Part shown: one piece after another, positions 22,601 to 32,300 of the stretch
How the letters are laid out: every line of letters starts with the position of its first letter
Numbering within the stretch: the first letter of the stretch is position 1
NCBI GenBank assembly: GCA_051294375.1
Contig: CM119265.1
Coordinates: 8,812,772-8,876,771 of the forward strand
DNA length: 64,000 nucleotides
DNA from: Paraspadella gotoi
Taxonomy: Eukaryota; Animalia; Chaetognatha
Direction: 5' to 3'
The notes under the pieces: model-generated
Database searches by the model: none
The model's input: only the letters and a program-made list of their open reading frames with translations
Told to the model about the DNA's origin: nothing
Made by a program: the position numbers and the translations under genes

Positions 22601-25600
22601 CTATACCGCCCACTTCCGGCCAATTTTGTTATTTAAACCACATCATAAATGCATATCCTCGATAAAATCACACCTTTCTTCATTTTTTAAAGAGAGAGAG
22701 AATGAAGGAAAGAAAGGGAGAGGTAAATAAAAGAAGAAAGAAACTAAGATATAAAAAAATACAAGAAACCGAGACAACAATCAGCAAAATATAAAATTAG
22801 CAGAATTTTTTAGGATGTTCTCGCTATTTAATCTGTATAATTAGGTAAAAATTATTACTACGTCTTTGATTTTTTCAGGCAATAAAATACTACTAATTCT
22901 AACATACCTTACAAATTTGAGTTGAAAATTCGCGTTATTGCAGTTTTTAGAAAGGTTTAAAAAATAGGTGTTTTTGACCATTTTTAGGGCTTTTTTGAGG
23001 TCTGTATTTCTTTCATGGGTTATCCAAATTTAAAAAAATTTATATATTTGTAATCAGTAATATTTCACCAATAGTTTGGCATAAATTTTTTTTTTAAAAA
23101 TATTATTTATCAAAAAATCATATTTTGTAGTAATATATTAAAAATCACTATTTAGTTAATAATAAAAAAATTATAATTTGATTACAGGAATAAGATTACC
23201 TATCAATCAACTATTAATTTCTATAATAAAAGGTTGAACTAATAAATAAAAAATAAATAATAAGCTAATTATTATAATTAGCAACTATGCATAAATTAAT
23301 AAAAAATTTTTTTTTATTCAGTCTAACACTTTACCATTAGACCAAGTAATGTTAGATTAATTTTTATTGAGAAAAAAAATATATCGTTTGAGTATTTTGA
23401 GCACAGTATGCAAATTAAATTTTTGTTTAAAAATGATGCTCAAAACAAAACTTCAAAATTTTTTTTTGAAATATAGAATGGGGAATAGACCATACCGAGT
23501 TCCATCCCACACATGCATATCAAGTCATTCCATTCATTATTATAGAAGATATAGCTTCCCTGGACTTATGAAGGAAAGCCAAGACCGGTACTGTAGCTCT
23601 TGAATGTCCTTTTTTTGAGTGTTCTTTTTTTTTTTTTGCACAAGACTGTAATTCATATATCATCGACGACAGCAATGACCTCATTCTATTTTATTTTTAT
23701 TTTCAGAAACTTCAGAGCGAGGTTTCATTGCTGTCTCACTTCGTGCAAGCCTGCGACGCTTTCCAAGGGGTTCAAACTCGCCTCGTGGTCATCTTCGACG
23801 GTTTGGACTCGTGCGATCCTGAGAGAATGCTGCAGCTTCTCGACACCATCAATGTTCTGTTCGGCAAACCGCGTTCGCCCTTCATCACCGTGCTCGCCAT
23901 CGACCCGCACATCGTGATCCGCGGCATCGAGCAGAATTTACATCCAAATCTTTTTACTGGTCCGGCAATGGAGATGTCATTCGGCTTGATCATTAAAAAA
24001 GTTTTTAATTTTTTAATCTGTCCTTCCTCGCAGACTCGACGATCAACGGATTCGATTATCTCCGTAATATCGTCCATCTCCCGCTCTTTGTCCAAAACTC
24101 GCGGTTCGGAAAAGTTAAGATGGAACAGCAGAACCAATCGAAGAAAACAGCGTTGAACAGGGAGAGGAACAAGAGCAAGTGCGCGCACTCGCCGGCCGGA
24201 AGTTACGTGGGGTTAGTTTCGGGGAAATAGTGGACGTTGGAGATCTATAAAATCCTTGAAATTATATCGTTGATAAAAATAAAACGTTTTCTCTAAAGAC
24301 TCCATCGGAAGGAAACGCAGATGTCGATGATCTCAATCCCGGGCGAAGACGGCGTTGACCGCCGGATCCGTCGTTCCAAAGGCATAGCGCCCAGCGCCAT
24401 TTGGCGGGAGGACGCGTCCGTCGTTTCCTTTGCAGGCGAGTTTATTTCCAACTCCCCTTTCCTCTTTTCTTTGTAAGATCTGTTATTGTCCTTGGGGCCC
24501 CGATTCGTGCTTGATGTATTTTTCAGGTGGTTGTCTGTGTCTTTCAAAATTTATCTTTTGTTTCTCCCTTTCCTTCCCTCTTTATCTCCGTATCTATTTC
24601 ACTTGTCCATTACATTATCTTTTCATTTGTTTTCTTCAGATGGGGAAAAAGGGAAATCCAAGTCTGCCGCCAACATTGACATTTCCAAGATAATTTTGAA
24701 GCACGACTACTTCAGCGACATCAATCCTCGTTCAATCCGCCGGCTTATTAACATTGTCGCCATCCAAGCGAGGCTGTTGAGGTGAATTTCTACTTTTATT
24801 TGTCGAGAAAAGTTTTATGCTCTCCAAAAATTTGTTTTATTTTCAATAGTCAATTTGGTGGTCAATAAGCGTCTCAGGCTGTGAATGAAATTACATGACT
24901 GAGTCAAATTAATTTTCTCATAAAAATATTACAGAGTGAAGAGACAGTAATTATTGATAAGTGTTAATGACAGACGTTCATATAAGCAGTCCCTGAGCTT
25001 CGGATCAGGCTGTAACACCATGTTACAGGCGGGTTAAGCGCCAGACGACCACCGGGCTAGAACCCCGGACCTTTGGGTTGGGAGGCGAATGACTTGCCTC
25101 CGGCACCAATGGCCGCTGATGAACGGTTGGTGGATCTTAGTCCACCATAAGAGTATTGATCTATTTAATAGTATTTTGAAAGAATAAATAGCAATTAATT
25201 CGTATCTTGAAGTATGCAAACGTTATAATCGTTAAAAAATAATTAGCCATATAGCTTTTATTTGCCTTTATATATACGATATGGATTATTCTTCCCAGAG
25301 CTCATGAGATCGAATTTGAGTGGCATCGTCTCGTATCTTGGGTTAACGTGACGGAGCAGTGGCCTTATCGCCTGTCTTTCCTTATTGTCTACGCCGAGGA
25401 CAATGACGCCGTCCTCGAGGACAAACAACCGCTGAAGATTGTTTACGATCGAGTCGTCGCCACGCTCGCTGCCAATGACCCTCTGTTGCAGGTGAGATTA
25501 TCAGCGAAATAAATGCGACTCGTCCTTGGCAAATGTGCGAACAAATATTTCTGAAAAAAAAAAACCAATTTTTCTCAGATTGACCGAAATTACAAGAAAC

Positions 25601-28363
25601 TGGTGTTCACGCTCGGACATTCGCCAGTTTTGACCATCGGGGACATGCGAAAATTTCTCCCTTTCACCATCAATCTCGATCCTTACCTCTGCAAACACAT
25701 CAAAGAGAATCAAGCGAATCTTTTTGTTGATGGAAACCAAGTAAGAATTTGATGATTTGAGGGACATTCATACATTGGCATGACAATGGATCGACTATTT
25801 TTCAGCAGATGCCTTTCGACTCGCAACCTTTCAGCCCCGGTAGGGATTATAATCCTTACTCTAAAGCCTACTTGTCCTCGAATTCGGCCGTCGTCGGCGG
25901 AGAATCGCTAGGTCAACAGAAAGCTGCTCTTCCGCAGCAGGGGACGCAGCAACCTCAGACTATCGCCACCGCCTTTAAGCAGCGCAAGTTAAATTTGAAC
26001 GTCAACGCCTCCGCTCAAAACGCTTTTCGGCCCATCTGTCAACCGATACCTGCATTGAGGTTTGTTAAATTAATTGATTTACTTTTTTTAAACAAATTGT
26101 CACCTAATTATTTTTGAAATCAGCGTGAGAGGGCCGACCCCTATCAACAAGGGTGAGGAAGCATTTGCTTCCTTAAGCGCCGCCGAAATAGCAGTTCAGG
26201 TAAGTTACAACAGTTTGAATTCTTTTTTTTTTTTAAACAAATTAAAGTTGTATAATTTTTTTGAAAAAAAATAGGTCAGTTCCATCGCCGGCCTCGTTCC
26301 CGAATTACTTCCGAATTACATCCGGGTCCTGACCGAAAATAACGTGAACGGCCGTGTTATTCTCGGTTGCGACCTCGACGATCTTCGAACTTTGCTCAAC
26401 ATGAACTTTGGCGACTGGCAATTGTTTAAAGGTTATTTTTCTTCGGCGATTTTTTCATTGCCTATGCATTGATAAATATTTAAACGCTTCAATGTTATAC
26501 TGTGCTTCACTAGTTAAAAAAGTGATAATAAATATTGATGGACAAAAGAATTTTATATTACAGAACTCTTAATGATAAAAAGGGATAAATTTTGGCCCGC
26601 CTTAATGGTCAATCGTCATTCTTCCTCATCTTTCTGTTTTTCAGCTTGGATTCAACGCATCCGCGATAGCTCGACCGCCTTGAACGTCGCCACGCCCATT
26701 GCGTCTTTCCCCGGTCGCGCCCACCTCGTCTCCATGTCGTCGACGGGCATAACTTCGATCATGGAATCACCTACGCCGCTAGACGAATCGACTCGCCCGT
26801 TCGAGCCGATACATTCGACGCCCCCGTCTTCGCCGACTCACATGGCGGTCGTCTCCGCGCCGGTGACCGGAAACGACGGAGGTGAGGGGAGAAATGCAAA
26901 CGTAGATATTCTGGTCGCTTTGATTCGCATTCTTCACTCATTCAGATCCGATCGGCCACGGTTTCTTCAAATCCGGCTTCCCGCCAACTTCTATGATGTT
27001 CGATCGCTCCGCTTCTTATTGTCCATCGGTAATCGCCTCGCCGGTGTCCCCATCGCTCGTCGCCAACGTCGTCGCGTCGCAGACTTCGATTACGTCTCAA
27101 GAGATGTTGCCTTCCGCGATCCCTGCGCCGATGGTCGTTGCGCCGACATCTGCAGCTCTGACGTTAAAGGCGCCGTCTACTTTGGCGCCGGTAAACTTTG
27201 CTCCGACGACTTCGGCTTCGACGACCTCAGCGCCGCCGTCCTCGAGCAACTCGAAAGACGCGTCAAGGCGTCAGAAGCCGTCGGCTTCGTACGAAGAAGC
27301 GGAAACTCTGGAAGAGATTGAGGTATGGGTAAACTTGGGAATTTATTGACGCAATCGGATTCGTGATTGAATGATCATTTTGCTCTAGTTTTTATCCGGC
27401 TTCATGCCTATGGAAGAGGAGGAGGAGGATTCCCCCGAAGAAGACGAGGATTCCGCGAATCATTCGTCGGGAGTTGTTCCTCATTTGGTCAGAAGCGTCT
27501 CGGGCACGAGGTATTAGATTGTACTGCTCGATTTGTAATCATCCATCACTATGCCATATGCTGACTTAATTGTTTTCACTCATTCTCATAGTTTGCCAAG
27601 TCTCGTCGATTCTCGCGACTCTGTGCCCTCATCGTCAAGATCTTCCTTCCGTCACCAAGCCCCCCACTCATCACCTTTTCGGGTCTTTTCGCGAACGGAA
27701 GGAGGCGACGCACTCGTTCCAGAGAAGACTCGTCCTGATGAATTGACGCTCTCAAGCCTCGGCGCAAGGGCTAGTTCCGGTAAAAATTTATTAACAATTA
27801 ACATGTACGTAATTATACTTCATGAAAACGTCCCATTTACAATTTTAGGACATGAAACGAGCGATTCTCTTGTAAGCGACTTGGAGAGCGATGATGCGCA
27901 GTACAAAACTGTGATACACCGTGGATCCGGTGCAGATCAAAACTCTTATCCTAAGATGGCCGAACTCTTCTCGTCCTCGGCTCTCGTCGAGGGGGCGACG
28001 ATTCCGGCGGCGGAGGCGACGATTCCGGCGGCGGAGGCGACGAAGACAATGGAATCCGGCGCCGTTTCGACTAGAAAGGACGACTTCGAAACTGGCGGTT
28101 CCGGCGAGCGCGCCGACGAAAGGGCGTTATTAATAAACGAAGAAAAGGCGCCATTTCTGCGCGCGGGCTTGCTGGACAAGGCGACGGCAGTGTTGAGGAC
28201 CTCCAGCGCTTCGTCAAAATCGTCTTCACCCGGGTCGGCCTCGAAACCTGTGTCTTCGACTACGAAAGCGATGGACACTGACGACCGAGAGACTCTCTTG
28301 GTCAGCGGCGAAAAAGAGGATTCTCCCTATGGCGAGAGGGGCTCGTCCGAACATTGGCTTTAA
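10626..28363 (+). CDS. KIDINS220: Kidins220/ARMS: ankyrin repeats, KAP P-loop NTPase with 4 TM segments, SAM domain, low-complexity tail (~29 exons)
   Basis: Ankyrin exons at ~10.9-13.3 kb ([37 protein letters not shown]). Walker [17 protein letters not shown] at ~13480-13529. TM exons at 13.6-15.6 kb (CCVPTYFF; KWWRLL...KMEGFMQ). Walker [13 protein letters not shown] at ~23780; [18 protein letters not shown] at ~24.7 kb; [11 protein letters not shown] at ~25.35 kb; SAM NNVNGRV...MNFGDWQLF at ~26.35 kb; stop at 28363. Apparent indel errors at ~14.9-15.12 kb and ~24.06 kb. Confidence 0.95.
12477..12985. mobile_element. MITE with long terminal inverted repeats and TA flanks (Tc1/mariner-type) in a Kidins220 intron
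   Basis: TA|CATGGTGACAATTTTACAAGCGCCG ... CGGCGCTTGTGAAATTGTCACCATG|TA. The inverted arms extend ~150 bp; no coding capacity. Confidence 0.85.
13830..13902 (+). pseudogene. tRNA-derived module in the LTR (probable internal Pol III promoter), not a functional tRNA
   Basis: 73 nt, with a 7-bp acceptor stem GCGGCCA/TGGCCGC, A-box-like TGGTGCCGGAGG and T-arm CCGGG-GTTCTAG-CCCGG (B-box-like). TTCGCCTCCCA...AAAGGTCC resembles Val/Gly tRNAs, but the anticodon stem is broken. Confidence 0.8.
13904..13979 (+). ncRNA. Twister ribozyme-like motif (P5-type) in the solo LTR
   Basis: P5 13904-10/13973-79; P3 13936-43/13947-54; P4 13955-59/13968-72; T1 CCG 13961-63 with CGG 13919-21; T2 GC 13934-35 with GC 13966-67; conserved GA at 13917-18; U^AA site at 13928/13929. 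Confidence 0.72.
17330..17480 (+). pseudogene. Fragment of a Penelope-like element GIY-YIG endonuclease C-terminus
   Basis: Translates as [34 protein letters not shown], matching the typical R..REA..I....PSLNRD.G motif of PLE endonucleases. Confidence 0.8.
19890..20345. repeat. Minisatellite, ~72-bp unit, ~6 copies
   Basis: Unit ~AATCAGGCAGTGTGTAGGAGATAGGCGGACGGAGGAAGGAGCAGGGCGTTAACCTGGAGGTCTTTTTGAAA, repeated with indel noise. Confidence 0.9.
20763..20952 (-). mobile_element. Truncated/degraded LTR of the TRIM family
   Basis: aaccgttcaatataagcagtcc...tttagtccaccata, with changes in P4 and T1 of the twister. Confidence 0.85.
21110..21300. repeat. Tandem repeat, ~19-20-bp unit (TTGGTCAACTTGCATAATT)
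   Basis: About 9 degenerate copies are visible. Confidence 0.85.
21746..22577 (+). mobile_element. Non-autonomous Helentron-associated (HINE/DINE-1-like) element
   Basis: 5' palindrome GGATCTGCTTATAAGCAGATCC, (GTCY)n microsatellites at ~21795 and ~21890-21916, two internal ~130-150-bp tandem units, a 3' subterminal GCAGATCC at ~22546, and T-rich ends. Confidence 0.65.
24937..25149 (-). mobile_element. Solo LTR of the TRIM family with an internal deletion removing the twister 5' half
   Basis: TGAAGAGAC...CCACCATA, flanked by the 4-bp duplication AGAG (24933-36 / 25150-53). It lacks about 19 nt (ccgtccctcttaactgc). Confidence 0.9.
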
Positions 28364-28787
28364 GTGGCATTTCAAGTCAAAACAATTTTTAATGTAACGT
28401 TCGTTATGCGCCTTGTTCTACTCTCGCCGAAAATCAGTGCCATGACTTTTCTTTTAAATCGGTGTTATTTATTATAAATGATTAATTATGCATAGTTTTC
28501 ATTTTTTAACGATCCTATTATCCAATTATTTTAATATCTCAAATGTGCCGAATACGGTCAGATCTAAATTTTTATATCCTTATATAAAACAGTTTTATTT
28601 GCTTGATTTTTAAGTTTTTCTTTTTTTAGTTGTGTATACGTAGATAAATTCGGGTGTTGTATTTTACCTAATTAGTGTTTCATTTTACAGATGTGGGTCC
28701 ACCTTTTTTTCATTCTCACGTCAACAGTCGATTTTTATCAATATACCAGTATATTGTTTCCTAATTTTTCATCCCTATCGATCATAG

Positions 28788-29139
28788 ATGTCTTACAAAC
28801 TCGCTAAGCACGTGAAGGAACTCCGATTGCACATGTGCAGCACTTCCGAGGCCAGCAAGGGCCTGCGGGACTTTGTGGAGAGCCATTATGTTTCGTTGAA
28901 GAATGGAAATCCGGGCCTTCCCATTTTGGTGATCGATATTCAATAGATCTTCACGGATAGTGGACAGTTCGTTAGTCTCTAAATAACTCATCCCCTTGCC
29001 CTTAACCTTTTAGGTTCGTCAGTGCCAGGGCGTAGCTCCCAAAGTGTGGGTCCGCGAGGAAAAGGGCAAGGAATCTTTGATCAACGTCGACGATCTTTCG
29101 GCTCAGGCCATTCTCGCTCGGATCAACAAGTTCAGCTAG
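28788..29139 (+). CDS. NDUFA2: NADH dehydrogenase 1 alpha subcomplex subunit 2 (B8); 2 exons; not in the ORF track
   Basis: Exons 28788-28928 and 29014-29139 (GT-AG) give MSYKLAKHVKELRLHMCSTSEASKGLRDFVESHYVSLKNGNPGLPIL-VRQCQGVAPKVWVREEKGKESLINVDDLSAQAILARINKFS*, which matches the NDUFA2 pattern ELRxHxC..S.G.RDF...Y..LK..NP.LPIL.R.C....PK.W. Confidence 0.93.
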
Positions 29140-29372
29140 TCGACTTTATTGTAAAAATTTACACTGCTCTCTTACACTGACAATGTGTTGGAAGAAATGT
29201 TAATCTTTTTTATTATTTTAACTGATGTCAATCGATCGCTATTTATTTTTGTTTTTCTTCTCCCAGGAGAATCATTTCAAAAGGCGTGGAAAAAAAAAAA
29301 TAGTCTATAAGATGCCAGACAACGGAAACATTCGAAGAACGTTTTAAAAAAAAAAAGATTGTACCAGTGGCG

Positions 29373-32300
29373 ATGCTCGTTCTCCGCCCTCCCGTTTTGT
29401 CGTGCCTTCGCGAAGCCGACGCATTCGCCTGGCTTCACGGCGGAGTCGAAGGCATTTCCGGCGACCGCGGCGTCGACGACGCGCCCGTGCTCATCGGCGT
29501 CTCCTTTTTACGTCACTCCCCGTTTCTTCAGACTATCTACTCGCATTTTAGCGAGCTCGAAGCCAGAAAATGCAAGGTTAAATTAGCTCCTTCGCAACCG
29601 GCCGCCACCCACGCCGTCGTCCCACTGATTAACGAGGACGATCATTCGGAGTGTTTCTGGCGTGGTGTCGAGGACGTCGGCGGCGTCGCGCTCGATCCCT
29701 GTCGCCGTCTAAGCGAGGTCGAGTGGGGATTGTTTCGCCACGCTTACATGGCTGTTTCTTATCCAATCCTTGGACGTCCACAGCCCCCTTCGGCTAGCCA
29801 GAGCCCCACCGATGAGGTGATCAAGTCGTCCGAATCTGCCGACGAAGATGGCGGCGTCAGCGGCCATGGGAAACGCCCAGATGTGCCTTACAACGAGGAG
29901 GCGGATTCCGTGGCCGCTATTCCCGAGGAAACGTTGATCGATCTCTTGAGAAGCGTCTTTGCAATGTCGTCCGAATCCTTCTTGCTGCACCGGCAAAAGC
30001 TTTACGAGAAGATTGGACGAAAAACGACATGCAAGATTTTGGCTGAGGAACTCTGCAACCGATTGTTCGTTCTGGAAAACAATCGTCATCCCTTTTACAG
30101 CCCCGGCGCTTTTCTCAGCCGAAACGCCTACGATCAGTGGCAACAACGTGAGAGAATTCACATAACGTCGCTCTTTCAACTCTTTTGGTATCAGGCCTTG
30201 CCGAGCTTGCGAAATTGCGTTCCCGCCAAGCTTGCGTCGAAACACGATGAATACGCCAAACTGTTGAACATGTTGATGAAGTTCGAGCAACCGCTGGATG
30301 TTCGAAGGAGAGACAATCCTTATTCCGGTGGAAGGTTGGTGAGGTCTTGCCTTCTTTCGTCGGCCGCCCAACGCATGCTGCAAGAGTTTTCCCTTCGATA
30401 TGGCATCGGCGAAACCTACTGTCGACTCGTTTACCTCGAGCATTTGGTCGGCCAATACGGCACGGATCTTTGGTTTTTGCAGCATTTGGGTCGTTGCGTC
30501 TCGCTCTTTCTCGATAGATTCCCCTCTCATTCTTCGAGAGCCATCATCACAAAATCCGAGTACGAAAAGTGCGTGGGCATCGTTCGGTCGTTGTTGGGAG
30601 ATTATCTTCCAAAAACATTTCTCAAGCTGAGGCTTTTCTTTCCCGAGAATAAACCCAAGGGGGGCGTGCCATTGTTGATAACCCTCGTCTCGCTGTCGAT
30701 GAAGATGGATTGCTTCGTCAAGAACGAGTCGTTTTCTCACGAAGCTTTGAAAGAGTTCTTGACCGAAAGACTTGAGCTTACGGTTGAGTACGAATATCGC
30801 AATATACGTAAGTCTACCGTCGATCAACTCGGCCGGAACGATTCGGGTAAAATATACGACGCCATCACTCTGAATGCTTTTTTGGGTCAGATGGAGAGCC
30901 TCGCGCGCGAGTTTGATGTTTGTTACAGGGGGGAGTTTTCCCCGTTTTTCGATTTGCATCTGCTTACATGTTCCAAATTGTACGATTTATTTATGGATGA
31001 CGTGTGCAATTTCGCCACTCGTTCCTTGCAACGGCTCGATCCTCGGGCCATCGATCTCCAGATTGTCGGGCTCTGCTTCAAGCTCAATCAGTTGGACGAG
31101 GACTGGTCTCACTTTATTCGTCAGGATCAACAACGATGGCGCAAACCTTTTTTTCACCTCATGTTTCAATGGACCAAAGTATTACGCTTTCACGCAATCG
31201 GCTTGATATTAGAAGGGTTGGAACATGACCAGTACAAGTGTTTAGAGATTCATCCGTCTTCTTTGTTGGCCCAGGACGACTCAAATAGTTTGCGAGGCAG
31301 ATCACAGTTTGTCGTTTCCCACGGCTCGGCGTTCACTCTGGTCAATCAGAGCAAGCAGCTTATGTATACGCCGCCACCGCCTCGCACTCCATCTTTAGCG
31401 GTCGTTACTCCATCTTTAGTTGAACAAAATGAAGAATTTGGTCCATTGCAAAACCGCTTGCCACCGTTAACTTTGCTCAATCCACAGAAATTGGGCTCTC
31501 GATCCGAGTCGGCCCTCTCAGTTTCATCTTCGGGGTCGGAAAATGTCAACATGATTCAGTTTACGTCGAGAAGCAGAGGAAGCGCTTTTGCCTCCCCTCA
31601 ACCGCAGGAAGCAAAGTACAGTCAGTCTTTTCCAAAGACATCTGAAAGTGTTTTACTCAAACCAGTGGCATTAGAAACTCGTTCTCTGGTAAATGTCGGT
31701 TTGATTCTGGATGAATCGGACAATGAAAGCAATCAATCCACTCCTCGGGCAGTGTCTCCTGAATTAGAACGTCTTAATTGTGAAACAAAAGAAGATGAAA
31801 TTGCCTCATTCCGCCCTTTGCAATCTTTACCAGAACGGCAACAAAGTGTATGGTCGAATCCTTTTATATCCATGGCAAGCATACCTATTGACGACGACTT
31901 GCATGATATTTTAAAATCTAATGAGGAAATACGTGTTCAGGTATCTTCAACTTTAGTAGACGTTTATATTCTTTGTCTTCGTTTGATAAACGCGTCTGAA
32001 ACTTTTGCTAAAAGCGTTTGCCCCATTTCGGAAGCGCTCAAGGATAACGAATTCTTCAAGACTATTGGTATTGAGCGCTTAAAGATGAGAAGAAATTTGT
32101 ATCTTGCTCTAAGTCAAGGCCTTTCAAAGGTCATCCAAGTTTATGCCAACAATCTTGTTTGTATGGATTTATGCGGAATGAACGCAGAGGAGGCTTCGAA
32201 ACTAATTGGGAAGTTTATGGTGGATCTGCTGCGAGATGAGTTTAAAAGTTCTCGAATTTGGGGTTGTCGACACGATCTAGATTTCAAACGGACAAATCAT

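Larger units (their letters stand above)
16249..23594. repeat. Long inverted repeat (~900-bp arms, ~16249-17150 and ~22690-23594) in the 8-kb Kidins220 intron
   Basis: cagtaccggtcttggctttccttcataagtccaggg... at 16251 is the reverse complement of ...ccctggacttatgaaggaaagccaagaccggtactg ending at ~23593; similarity continues inward. Confidence 0.85.

Noticed and set aside
29709-30959. 416-aa minus-strand ORF (also 39613-40257 and similar)
   Set aside because: Antisense shadows of + strand genes with no recognisable motifs.
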